From the IMG/VR virus record IMGVR_UViG_2648501449_000003: a stretch of 64,000 nt of DNA; one strand, given 5' to 3'. Below, piece after piece: positions 38,179 to 48,077 of the stretch; position 1 is the first letter of the stretch; each line of letters opens with the position of its first letter. The stretch is from an uncultured virus (IMG/VR IMGVR_UViG_2648501449_000003) (lineage: Duplodnaviria; Heunggongvirae; Uroviricota; Caudoviricetes). A program made the position numbers and the translations under genes. The notes beneath the pieces are model-generated. The model ran no database searches, was not told the DNA's origin, and saw nothing but the letters and a program-made list of their open reading frames with translations.

Positions 38179-38766
38179 ATGGCTGAAGAAGTCGGCAACG
38201 TTTTCGCCGCAGAGCCGTCCGCCGCTGGGGCCGCGTTCGTCGCCCCGCTCGGAACTACCCTCCCAACCAGTGTCGACGGAGTGCTCGATGCCGCGTTCGT
38301 CGGTCTTGGGTATGTCGGCGAGGACGGTATCACTGAAACATCGGAGCGGTCCACCGATGAGAAGAAAGACATGGGTGGCCGCATCGTCAAGGTGCTGCAG
38401 ACCGAGTACAACCACTCGTTCAAATTCGTCCTCCTGGAATCGCTGAATGCCGATGTCCTCAAGGCGATCTACGGTGCTTCAAACGTCACCGTCACCCCCG
38501 CTGACGGTACTCACGGCACCCAGGTGAAGGTCCGCAAGACCAGCAAGAAGCTGCCCCACCAGACGTGGGTGTTCGACACCATCGACTCGGAGCTGTCCGC
38601 GAAGTACCGCAACTGCGTCGCAGACGGGCAGGTCATCTCTGTTGGTGATGTGACCTTGGCTAGCAAGGACACCATCGAATACGAGGTGGAACTGAAGGTC
38701 TTCGAGTCGTCCACCGGTGAATACGTGACCACGTACACCGACGACGGGCGGATCGCGGGCTCCTAA
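38179..38766 (+). CDS. major tail protein
   Basis: APLGTTLPT...LGYVGEDG. Confidence 0.9.
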   Translation: MAEEVGNVFAAEPSAAGAAFVAPLGTTLPTSVDGVLDAAFVGLGYVGEDGITETSERSTDEKKDMGGRIVKVLQTEYNHSFKFVLLESLNADVLKAIYGASNVTVTPADGTHGTQVKVRKTSKKLPHQTWVFDTIDSELSAKYRNCVADGQVISVGDVTLASKDTIEYEVELKVFESSTGEYVTTYTDDGRIAGS

Positions 38767-38860
38767 TAGACGCGGCGGGGCCGAATTCCCCTGCAGCCGA
38801 GCGCGGCCCCGCCGCTCTCCAAGCGCTACGGCTGCACACAAACCCCTTGAAAGGGCGCTC

Positions 38861-39127
38861 ATGGCTGCAAAAAACGCAACACCCTACGTCCACATCGTGG
38901 AAATCGAAGGCGTCGAAAAGAAGATCAACCTCAAACCCTTCGGGTCCGTTCCATCCGGTGTCATTCGGCGAAACCGCAAGAACCCCGAAGAGGGTATGTG
39001 GGAAATCTTTGAGTGGGGCGCGGTCTCGGAAGCCGATCTTGCTGTGTTCGACGAGCTGCCCCTAACTGAGGTGGAAGACCTTTTCACCGCCTGGCAGGAG
39101 GCCGGACAGGTCACCGTGGGGGAATAG
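38861..39127 (+). CDS. tail assembly chaperone (short form)
   Basis: Position; GGGGGAA slippery site before the stop. Confidence 0.85.
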   Translation: MAAKNATPYVHIVEIEGVEKKINLKPFGSVPSGVIRRNRKNPEEGMWEIFEWGAVSEADLAVFDELPLTEVEDLFTAWQEAGQVTVGE

Positions 39128-39555
39128 TCGCGCTTCTCGACCTCATCGAGAAGCATGGCACCGCACTAGAATACGACCTGATCAAAGACGGGCTACGCCT
39201 ACGTGACTGCCCGTCTGACGAATTCAACTGGCGCGATCTGTGGGTGTATGTCAATCACCCGGAAGAGACAAGCGCGCTATGGAAGTCCAGGAACCCGAAG
39301 TATGCGGGCTGGACTCTGACTACCCGCCTTCTGGCGATTATCGCCAATGCGCTGCGCTGGCTGGTGTGGGCGAAAACCAAGGACGGACACCGTAACCGGA
39401 ACCGTCCGGTGCCAATCGGCCCTGATATGGGCGATCAGCAGTCACGCCCCGGCCTGAAAGTCAAAGCCGCGCCCCTCTCGAAGGTCAAAGAGCTACTCGG
39501 CCTTTCAGGCGAAGAGCGGCGCGAGAAGAAACTGCGAAACCTGTTCGGAAATTAG
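39118..39555 (+). CDS. tail assembly chaperone -1 frameshift extension
   Basis: GGGGGAA at 39118-39124; the -1 frame is open from 39121 to 39555. Confidence 0.85.
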   Translation, partial: GGIVALLDLIEKHGTALEYDLIKDGLRLRDCPSDEFNWRDLWVYVNHPEETSALWKSRNPKYAGWTLTTRLLAIIANALRWLVWAKTKDGHRNRNRPVPIGPDMGDQQSRPGLKVKAAPLSKVKELLGLSGEERREKKLRNLFGN

Positions 39556-39565
39556 GAGGTGACAC

Positions 39566-42500
39566 ATGGCTGTTGAACTTTCATCGGGATATGTGTCGGC
39601 CACCGTCAGGTTCGATGGGGTCAACAGGGGCATCAGCAAGCTCTTTGACAACGTCCAGAAGCAGGCAGTCAGCGCGGGAAAGAGGACCGGCTCCGCATAC
39701 GCTAAAGCCCTTGCCGACGAGGCGAAAACCGCTGCGGATCAAGTTAAAAAGATCTCCGAAACGGTCGCTAAGTCTCGCGACAAGGAAGCCGACGCCGCAG
39801 GCAAGCTCAAGGTGGCCCTTGAGAAGCTGAATGAGGCGCGCGAGGCGGGAACCAAGGGTTCAAAGCTCACCGCCTTATCGGAAGCCCACGCGTCCGCCCT
39901 CCGCAAGCAGCAGTCTGCAGCGAGTGATCTCGCGAAAGAGCTAGACGGGCTCTCGCGCGCCCAGAAGCGCTCCGAGACGGCCCAACTCTCGATCAACAAG
40001 GCGCCGAGGCCCATACGTAGCCGTGTAACTCAACTACTTTCCGGCTCTTCGGATGCCGCGGGGCGTGAAGGCGGCTTAGCGGGGCGTAGGTTCGGCGACT
40101 CGTTCTCCAACTCCTTGCGTACCACGGGAATCGTCGCAGCTGGCACAGCGGTGGGCAATTTGGCTGCCAACGCGATGACGAAAGCTGCGAGCCTGGCCAC
40201 AAGCGGTGTTTCGGCGATTGTCACCAAGGGCCTGGACTTCGAGAAGACCATGAACACCCTTTCGGGTGTTACCGGGGCCTCCACGGATGTCATGCAGCGA
40301 TTCCGCGACACGGCCAAGGCCCTCGGCAACGACATGACCCTGTCGAACACCTCCGCAGCTGATGCCGCACAGGCCATGACAGAGCTGGCAAAAGCTGGCT
40401 TCTCAGTGGATGAGTCGATCGCCGCCGCCAAGGGCACCCTGCAGTTGGCTGCCGCCGCCCAAGTTACCGCCGGACAGGCCGCGGAAATCCAAGCCAACGC
40501 GCTTCAAGCGTTCGGGCTCAAGGCCGATTACGCCTCCAAGGCGGCAGATGTGCTGTCAAACGCCGCAAATGCATCCTCGGCAGAGATCACCGATGTTGCT
40601 TTCGCTCTTCAGGCCGGCGGTTCTGTCGCACGCCAGACGGGAGTGTCCTTGGAGGACACTGCGGCGAGCATCGCACTGCTTGCCAATAACGGAATTAAGG
40701 GTAGCGACGCCGGAACTCTGTTGAAATCAGCGCTTTTGAAGCTATCGGCGCCGAGTGACCAAGCCGCAGGAGCGCTGCAAGAGCTGGGCGTGAGCGCCTT
40801 CGACGCGCAGGGCAATTTCGTCGGCATGGAAGCCCTATTCGGGCAGCTACAGGCCGCATCCAAGCGTATGACGCCCGAAATGTACGCGATGAACACCTCT
40901 ATCGCGTTCGGATCGGACGCCGCACGCCTGGCAGGTGTGGCCGCAAAGGATGGCGCTGCCGGCTTCGACAAAATGCGCGACGCCATGAACCAGGAGGGTT
41001 CAGCGGCCAAGCTTGCCGCCGCCCAAAACCAGGGTCTTCCGGGCGTCATCGAACGACTGAAGAACGCTGCGGAAACGCTGGCAATCACCCTGTTTGAGAA
41101 GATTCAAGGCCCTCTGTCGAGCATCGGTGATGGCCTGACGGGGTTCACAAACAAGATGCAAGACGCATTTGAGAACCCCGCAGTGAGCCAAGCCGCGGGC
41201 AATATCGGGGCTGCCCTGTCGAGCATCGGCACAGCCTTCGGGAACGTCCTATCCGCAGTAGGGCCCTCACTTGTGAGTGGGCTATCCGATGCGGTCAACC
41301 TGATTGTCCGGTTCAAGGATTTCCTCATCCCGCTGGTGGCGGGATTGGCTGCTTACAAGACGGTAATGCTGGCCATCACGATCGCAACCAAGGCGTGGGC
41401 AGCTGTCCAAGCCCTGCTGAACATTGCACTCACCGCCAACCCGATCGGCCTGATTATCGCTGCCATCGCCGGTTTGGTGGCAGGAATCGTCCTGCTATAC
41501 AACCGGAATGAGACGTTCCGCAAGATAGTTCAGGTCACCTGGGCTGCCATCAAAAACGTCATCGGCGCCGTGTGGGGATGGTTGTCGACCACCGTATTCC
41601 CAGGCCTCAAGGCTGCGTTCACGGTCATAGGGGCTGCGGCAACGTGGTTGTGGAACAACGCAATCACCCCTGCCTGGAACGGCATCAAGGAAGTTATCGG
41701 CCTTGCCTGGGAGGTCGCTTCCGATCTGTTCGACAACTGGAAGCGCGCAATGAACCTGCTTGGCCAGGGCGCCCTATGGCTATGGAACAACGCGATTTCG
41801 CCCGCCTGGGAGGGCATCAAGACCGCAATCAGCGCGGCATGGAACTTCGTATCACCCATCTTGGACAAATTCTCCTCGGGATGGGACGCCCTCAAGTCTG
41901 GCATCACGGGTGCCTCAAGTGCCATCAAAGATGCCGTCACATCAGCCTTCTCTGGACTGGCCGCGGTCATAAAGGCACCCCTCAAGGTTCTGGGAACATT
42001 CCTGGCGGCCATCCCATCTGAGGTGTTCGGGTTCCAGATCCCCGGCGCCGACAAGCTGAATTCATGGGGCAAGACCCTGCAGGGCTTCGCGTCCGGCGGC
42101 CTCGTCCGCGGACCAGGTTCCGGCACCTCAGATTCCATCCTGGCGTGGCTGTCCAATGGCGAAGGCGTCGTTACCGCCAAGGGTATGCAGAACGGTGGCG
42201 CGGGCATAGTCGCGGCCCTTAACTCGGGCTGGGTGCCGTCCGCCGCTTATCTACACGACATGATGCGCGCCCCTGGATATGCGCAGGGACTCAACCCTGG
42301 GGCCGACTATCTGCGATCGATGGTCATGAAGATGTGGCCGCAGATCAAGAACATTTATGGCCGGCGTGCGGAAGACGGATATGGCGAGCACTCCTCCGGC
42401 AACGCCATCGACATCATGATCCCGGACTACAACTCGCCGCAAGGTATGGCACTTGGCAACACCATTGCGGCGATGTTGGCGAAGAACGCCAGCGCCCTGG

Positions 42501-43564
42501 ATCTCAACGGATTCATCTGGCGACAGCAGAGTTACGGATACGGTGGCTCGTTCTCGTCAGGCAAGCAGATGCCCGATCGCGGCAGCCCGACTCAAAACCA
42601 CATGGACCACGTGCATGTGATGTTGGGCTCCGGGCGTGGTTCAAATGCCGCGGCAGTAGGACTACCCACAAGCAGCATTTCGCTACCTTCCGGCGGATCA
42701 GTTGCGGCCCAGGCGCTAGGTAACACCTCCGGCTCATCTGGTGGTGGAGCATCGCCCAAGCAGATCCGTGAGGCTGATGACCGCATCACTGACCTGTCCA
42801 ACCGTCTAGACGTCACCGAGAAAGAGCTCGCAGACCTCGAATCCAACCCCAAGACAAAAGAGACGACCAAGGAGCGCAAACGCGACCAGGTTGACAAGCT
42901 CAAACGGGATCTACAGCAGGCGAAGGACGATCGCGGCGCACTGGATTCGAAGGGTTCCGGCGGTTTCGGCGGCGGCAACAACCCGTACGCCAAGATCATG
43001 GAGGGAATCTCCGAGATCTTGCCGGACTTCGGCGGCCTCGCTGACATCGGAATCGGCGGGCTCAAGGAATCTCTTTTGCCCCCCGGATTCTCTGACCCAA
43101 CCCAGTGGGGATTAGTCCAGGCCGGCTCCACGCTCCTGAAGTTCTTTGGCGGCCTGCGCAACAACTCCGACGGCTCACCCCTCCTCGGCGAGGGTGGAGC
43201 GCTGTTCGCGAACATCGCCGGATCTGCCATGTCTGGATCTGGTGGCGGGATTGTCGACGCGATAAAGACCGTCATCCCAGCGCCGTTCGGCAGCATGGAG
43301 GCTAAGCAGCTTCAGGGCGCCCCAGGCGATATCAACCCCGTCAATCCCGGCGCACAACTCCCCGGAACCGGATACGGCGACATGGGAGCGGCCTTCTCTC
43401 AAGGCAGCCCAGGCCCGAACCCGAGCGGAAACGCGCCGACGGTTGATCAATCAGTCACGGTCAACGCAACTAACACGGATGCCGCTATTGCCAAAAACAA
43501 TGCAGCCCAACTGCAACAGTACCGCCGGAGCAATAGCACGGGCACAATGCCAGGACCACGCTGA
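39566..43564 (+). CDS. tape measure protein
   Basis: 1332 aa, Ala/Gly-rich, Trp-spaced repeats, C-terminal H...D...HxDHVH domain. Confidence 0.95.
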   Translation: MAVELSSGYVSATVRFDGVNRGISKLFDNVQKQAVSAGKRTGSAYAKALADEAKTAADQVKKISETVAKSRDKEADAAGKLKVALEKLNEAREAGTKGSKLTALSEAHASALRKQQSAASDLAKELDGLSRAQKRSETAQLSINKAPRPIRSRVTQLLSGSSDAAGREGGLAGRRFGDSFSNSLRTTGIVAAGTAVGNLAANAMTKAASLATSGVSAIVTKGLDFEKTMNTLSGVTGASTDVMQRFRDTAKALGNDMTLSNTSAADAAQAMTELAKAGFSVDESIAAAKGTLQLAAAAQVTAGQAAEIQANALQAFGLKADYASKAADVLSNAANASSAEITDVAFALQAGGSVARQTGVSLEDTAASIALLANNGIKGSDAGTLLKSALLKLSAPSDQAAGALQELGVSAFDAQGNFVGMEALFGQLQAASKRMTPEMYAMNTSIAFGSDAARLAGVAAKDGAAGFDKMRDAMNQEGSAAKLAAAQNQGLPGVIERLKNAAETLAITLFEKIQGPLSSIGDGLTGFTNKMQDAFENPAVSQAAGNIGAALSSIGTAFGNVLSAVGPSLVSGLSDAVNLIVRFKDFLIPLVAGLAAYKTVMLAITIATKAWAAVQALLNIALTANPIGLIIAAIAGLVAGIVLLYNRNETFRKIVQVTWAAIKNVIGAVWGWLSTTVFPGLKAAFTVIGAAATWLWNNAITPAWNGIKEVIGLAWEVASDLFDNWKRAMNLLGQGALWLWNNAISPAWEGIKTAISAAWNFVSPILDKFSSGWDALKSGITGASSAIKDAVTSAFSGLAAVIKAPLKVLGTFLAAIPSEVFGFQIPGADKLNSWGKTLQGFASGGLVRGPGSGTSDSILAWLSNGEGVVTAKGMQNGGAGIVAALNSGWVPSAAYLHDMMRAPGYAQGLNPGADYLRSMVMKMWPQIKNIYGRRAEDGYGEHSSGNAIDIMIPDYNSPQGMALGNTIAAMLAKNASALDLNGFIWRQQSYGYGGSFSSGKQMPDRGSPTQNHMDHVHVMLGSGRGSNAAAVGLPTSSISLPSGGSVAAQALGNTSGSSGGGASPKQIREADDRITDLSNRLDVTEKELADLESNPKTKETTKERKRDQVDKLKRDLQQAKDDRGALDSKGSGGFGGGNNPYAKIMEGISEILPDFGGLADIGIGGLKESLLPPGFSDPTQWGLVQAGSTLLKFFGGLRNNSDGSPLLGEGGALFANIAGSAMSGSGGGIVDAIKTVIPAPFGSMEAKQLQGAPGDINPVNPGAQLPGTGYGDMGAAFSQGSPGPNPSGNAPTVDQSVTVNATNTDAAIAKNNAAQLQQYRRSNSTGTMPGPR

Positions 43565-44667
43565 TGGCACTTTCTAACCCGTGGATCCACGGTCCCGAAA
43601 CCGGCGAGGACTTTAACAATCTGCCACCACACCTGCAGGGTGTGGAGACGAAGATCGTCTACGTCGGCGTGGTCCACCCGATTCACAAGAAGCGATTCAC
43701 CTGGAATCTGCTGGGATCTCATCACGGCAAAGAGGGCGTCGTAATGGCGCCGACAGCGGTGGGGCTCTTCCACACACCATTCGAAACCCTAATGTCCGAA
43801 GGGCCTTACCAGATCGGCGCCGAACCAGAACGCACCGACTGGAAAAAACGCATGATCTCCCTGGCTGTCCATGTGAATCCGGACATTGCCCCCTGGGATA
43901 ACAACGGCAAGCTCATCGACACCCCATTCCGGTATCGGATGATCGAAGAGCGCTGGTGGGGTTCATGGTCGGCCACCGAAGACGGATACCTGGGAGTCTT
44001 CACCCGCACCCATGGATGGCGGTGGCTTCGAGTCCGCCTAGCCGAAGAGCCCAAAGACGCATGGGAACTCGATCCCGTGGCATTTGGCAACAACTTCATG
44101 ACATGGAACATGAGCATCGTTGCCACACAGCCCTACTTCGCCAAGCGAACCGAGTTCAAGACGTGGCAGAACGATATCGACACCTCCACCCTGTGGGACA
44201 AGATCGAGGACCTGCTCAACGAATTCATCCCCGGGCTGGATGTGGGCGAAGGGGCCATTCGGGTCCCTAACCGGGGGGATATCGCTGTCTATCCGAAATT
44301 CCTCGTGTCCTCACCTGGCAAGTGCTGGATCCAGGAAGGGGACCGGTGGGTTGAACTCCCACTCCTGAGCCCCAAAGACGGATACATCATGGTCGACACC
44401 GATCCGAACGCCCAAACACTCACCGCAACAACCGATCCAGTTGACCCGCTATTCATGCGGATTCTACGGAACTCGCAACTCCTCGACGTCCTCCTGCATG
44501 ACCTGCTTTCCATCACCTTGCCGGTGTGGAGGCGTATGGAAGACCGATTCACCGAAGCATCAAAGATACCGCCCCGCACGCTCGCGGCAGTGAAGGTGCG
44601 CCACTCCAACGCTGATGGGCGGGTCACCATGTTTGTTCCCCAACGCTATTCAAAGGGCTTCGCGTAG
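43564..44667 (+). CDS. minor tail protein (distal tail-like)
   Basis: First gene after the tape measure. Confidence 0.8.
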   Translation: MALSNPWIHGPETGEDFNNLPPHLQGVETKIVYVGVVHPIHKKRFTWNLLGSHHGKEGVVMAPTAVGLFHTPFETLMSEGPYQIGAEPERTDWKKRMISLAVHVNPDIAPWDNNGKLIDTPFRYRMIEERWWGSWSATEDGYLGVFTRTHGWRWLRVRLAEEPKDAWELDPVAFGNNFMTWNMSIVATQPYFAKRTEFKTWQNDIDTSTLWDKIEDLLNEFIPGLDVGEGAIRVPNRGDIAVYPKFLVSSPGKCWIQEGDRWVELPLLSPKDGYIMVDTDPNAQTLTATTDPVDPLFMRILRNSQLLDVLLHDLLSITLPVWRRMEDRFTEASKIPPRTLAAVKVRHSNADGRVTMFVPQRYSKGFA

Positions 44668-44669
44668 CA

Positions 44670-46466
44670 GTGTCAGGTGATTGGTCGATTGATCTGACCG
44701 ACTTCACAAGCCTGCAAGGAATCCTGGACCGGCTGCTCCGCGAGACGCAGACCACCCCAGACCTCGGCGACCCGATGGTGGCATACCGCTACCTCAACGC
44801 GCGCCGGCAGGCAATGAAGGACGCCTACAAACAGCGCCCCCTGCTTCGGATCTGGGACAAGCACCATCGCTACATCGCCGACTTGGCTGGCGAAAAGTCA
44901 GTCGTTGTCGAGGAAGTCATGGCGGACTCCGGTACCGCCACCGTCGTCATCAAGCACTCCAACTGGCTGTCCAAATTCCTGCTCTACGACCGCCGCGCTG
45001 AAGAAGATATCCAATTCACGCTAGATCCAAACCCCACCAACCGTTCCTGGCAGAACCGTTGGGGCGGAAAGATCGTGAACGTCAACGCCGTCCGCGACAA
45101 AGACGGCCTACACACCGTCGAACTCGAAATGGTGCACAACCGGGAACACGCCAAACACATCCTCGGTGGCGCCAATCCTCTACTCCCGCCGGAAATCCAA
45201 TTTCCGAAGATGTTCTTCCTTCCCTGGAACATGCGCACCGCCGGCTCCATCATCATGTTCCTGAACCTCGCTCGGCAGTTCTTCCCGCTACTGAGTATCC
45301 CCACGAACATCTTCAACCCTGGCGCCTGGCTGGGGGTTCGGGACGTCATCGGCGGCCTGAACCCGTTGGCGTGGCCTATCCAGGTCCAATTCGTCAACCC
45401 ACTGTTCGATCAGTCCCGTACCACGATCCTGTCGTCCCGGTGGCAAGACCTGCACACCGTTTTGGCTGCGCCGATGCAGGACGCCGGCTGCATGCTGCGC
45501 GCCTACACCTGGCTGACCGAAGATGACACCTCGCCGCACCCAGAACTGGAGGCACTCGGGGATGCGCTGGCACGCCCAACACGAAACTGCGTTGTCTTCG
45601 CATTCGAAGACAAGTCCGGGGTTACTGGACCCACGGGGACCTTGATTGACGGCCCGCTGCGGCTCATCGCGGAGACCGCAGACGACCTGATCACCAACGC
45701 CATCGTCCCGCCCGACATGTACGACGAAGACGGCGACGGCAAAACCGATCCACTGATCAGGAAATGGCTGGGGTTCGCCCCCGCTAAGCCCAAGGTAGTT
45801 TTCCGCGAAGGGGAATACACCGGGATCATCGACGCGAAACGGTCCATGAAGGGATCGACAGCAAAGACCGTGATGACCGGCTCCCGGTCACCGGCATGGC
45901 TGAATCAACTCCAAACATTCGGCATCAAGTACGGACTTTCCCAGCTGTCCGCGGTCGTCAGCTATGTGATCGGCGCCTACCAGCAGCCCGGAACCCCCGG
46001 TTTGGAGGAGCTATACCAAGGGCAGCTGGATAACACGCTGTTCGCATGGCAACGATTCACCGATCCGCGCCGCGTCCTGCTCATGGGCGACCTGGGGTTT
46101 CTGGAGCATTTCGAGCAAGGCCAAGGGACCGCCTACACGTCAGCGGGAATCCTGGATCTGCGCAACGGGCATTGGAAGACAAGGGCGTTCGTCAGCTTCA
46201 AGACAAGTATCCGCAACGGCATGCCTTGGATAGCCGATGAGCATTTCACGCTCGGTGACAGGGTCGCGTTCCAGTTGGGAAGCGTCCTGCACGTCGACCA
46301 AGTGTCGGCGATCCGCCGCTCATACGACGCTGACTCGCCACTACTGGTTGAACTATCGCTCGGCCAGGACTTGGACGAAGAAGACCCGGTAGCCAAGTCG
46401 ATGCGAACACTCGCGGGCTTCTGGAACCTCGCCGGAACCTTCTTCGGTTCCGACTCAATGTTCTGA
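44670..46466 (+). CDS. minor tail protein (baseplate hub-like)
   Basis: PLLRIWDK, ANPLLPPEIQFPK, TLGDRVAF. Confidence 0.8.
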   Translation: MSGDWSIDLTDFTSLQGILDRLLRETQTTPDLGDPMVAYRYLNARRQAMKDAYKQRPLLRIWDKHHRYIADLAGEKSVVVEEVMADSGTATVVIKHSNWLSKFLLYDRRAEEDIQFTLDPNPTNRSWQNRWGGKIVNVNAVRDKDGLHTVELEMVHNREHAKHILGGANPLLPPEIQFPKMFFLPWNMRTAGSIIMFLNLARQFFPLLSIPTNIFNPGAWLGVRDVIGGLNPLAWPIQVQFVNPLFDQSRTTILSSRWQDLHTVLAAPMQDAGCMLRAYTWLTEDDTSPHPELEALGDALARPTRNCVVFAFEDKSGVTGPTGTLIDGPLRLIAETADDLITNAIVPPDMYDEDGDGKTDPLIRKWLGFAPAKPKVVFREGEYTGIIDAKRSMKGSTAKTVMTGSRSPAWLNQLQTFGIKYGLSQLSAVVSYVIGAYQQPGTPGLEELYQGQLDNTLFAWQRFTDPRRVLLMGDLGFLEHFEQGQGTAYTSAGILDLRNGHWKTRAFVSFKTSIRNGMPWIADEHFTLGDRVAFQLGSVLHVDQVSAIRRSYDADSPLLVELSLGQDLDEEDPVAKSMRTLAGFWNLAGTFFGSDSMF

Positions 46467-46480
46467 GCAAAGGAACGAAA

Positions 46481-46999
46481 TTGGCTGCAGATAAGTACGT
46501 TCCGCGTGCCCTACAAGCCTATGCGGAGAAGCAGAAGGCCCAGGACGCGCAGAAAGCGGAGATGGAAAGCGCCTATCAGGACTTTCTGACGGACTGCCAC
46601 TACCCGCAGGACAAAGACGGAAACCGCATGGACTCGGCGCATTTCGTGTGGCTTGTGGGTTACCACATGATCAGGTGCGGGTGGCGGCGCTCGGCGCAAC
46701 CCCTCATCAAACCACGGGCCGTCGAGGCACCCGGAGTAGTCGAAGGCGCCATCGAATGGGTCCCTATCGACGCACCCGACGACCCCCTAGAGGGCGTCGA
46801 GAACATGACGTTCGCACAGATCAACGCCCTACCAGAGTGGCTGAAACGCAAAGCGATACAGCGACTCAACGGCAACCAAGACGCAGATGACGACCTACCC
46901 GAAATGGCCGAACCGGCATGGCGGGTGACTCCGAACATCGCCATCAAAGATGAGCGACCCATCGGGGATGACTTCGTGAAGGGAATCGAGAATGGCTGA
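46481..46999 (+). CDS. minor tail protein (DUF2744-like)
   Basis: Position; IEWVPIDAPD. Confidence 0.6.
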   Translation: MAADKYVPRALQAYAEKQKAQDAQKAEMESAYQDFLTDCHYPQDKDGNRMDSAHFVWLVGYHMIRCGWRRSAQPLIKPRAVEAPGVVEGAIEWVPIDAPDDPLEGVENMTFAQINALPEWLKRKAIQRLNGNQDADDDLPEMAEPAWRVTPNIAIKDERPIGDDFVKGIENG

Positions 47000-48077
47000 A
47001 CCGGGCGATACCCCCTACCTTGGGTCGATCCTTGCGCGCCTGCACTTCTGGGGTGTCGTCTCCGACATGGACGTGCCCGGTGGCGTCACGGGCACATTTG
47101 AGCTTGCCGACCAAGACGGCGCAGTCACCATGGACGCCCTCGTCGGCCCTCCTGGTCCTGCTGGTGAGAATGCCCCCATCGTCAAGATGCAGTATCAGTC
47201 CAGCATCGACGACCCCGCCGATCTTCCCCAAAACCTCACCGACGATCCGATTGATATCGGAAAAGCCTGGTGGGTAGGCAACATCGTCTACCTGTGGGAC
47301 GGCGAACACTACGTCCAGAAGCAGATGGGCACACAAGGCCCCCCGGGACCGCTGCCGAACATCACGCCCACGGTCCAACTACTGGACCCAGACAACCCCA
47401 GTTTGACCTCGGAGATCATCGTTTCGGGCACCTCCGCCAACCCGACATGGCTCCTGAAGCTCAAAGCACCGCGTGGTCCGCAAGGCGATAACGCCACCAT
47501 CCGAGACGCAACCGACTATGACGACTCGGTCGCGCCCGCCGCAGGACAGGTCATTGCTTGGAACGGCGTCGACTACGCGCCAGCCGACTTCAACCCCTTG
47601 GCGACACGTTTCTACACCGTCCCCGAGTCTGCGTTCACCGACTTCACGGGTCTAGCCACACGGCAGACGATCGGCTCATTCATCATCCCACCGATGCCGT
47701 TCGACTACGTCCCCGTAGTGCACGGGCATTTCAAGGCCAACGGCATCGAACTCGACGCCGACCCATTCATTATCGGCTCCGAGGTCCGCATCGGTAACGC
47801 CACAAGCGGCCAGCTGATCGCCAAGGGCGCCGGCAACATGTCCTCCTGGTCCGCCCTGTTCCCGCATGCCTCATCCACGGGCTCCCCGAACACCGCTATC
47901 ACCCCAGACAACGGGATCGGCATGATCCCGGCCTACAGCACCGGTACAACGTCAACTTTGTACGTGAACCTCGTCAACGAGGGCATGGCGGGCTTCTACT
48001 CCTTCAACAAAGCGGGCGCACAGCTCTCAATCCTCATCGTCCCAGTCTCTCCGTTGAAGCCTGAGGACGGCTCCTAG
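46992..48077 (+). CDS. minor tail protein
   Basis: Short collagen-like GPPGPAG motifs. Confidence 0.75.
   Translation: MAEPGDTPYLGSILARLHFWGVVSDMDVPGGVTGTFELADQDGAVTMDALVGPPGPAGENAPIVKMQYQSSIDDPADLPQNLTDDPIDIGKAWWVGNIVYLWDGEHYVQKQMGTQGPPGPLPNITPTVQLLDPDNPSLTSEIIVSGTSANPTWLLKLKAPRGPQGDNATIRDATDYDDSVAPAAGQVIAWNGVDYAPADFNPLATRFYTVPESAFTDFTGLATRQTIGSFIIPPMPFDYVPVVHGHFKANGIELDADPFIIGSEVRIGNATSGQLIAKGAGNMSSWSALFPHASSTGSPNTAITPDNGIGMIPAYSTGTTSTLYVNLVNEGMAGFYSFNKAGAQLSILIVPVSPLKPEDGS

Noticed and set aside
39118..39127. Frameshift as a sequencing error or novelty
   Set aside because: This is the standard programmed -1 frameshift of tail assembly chaperones.
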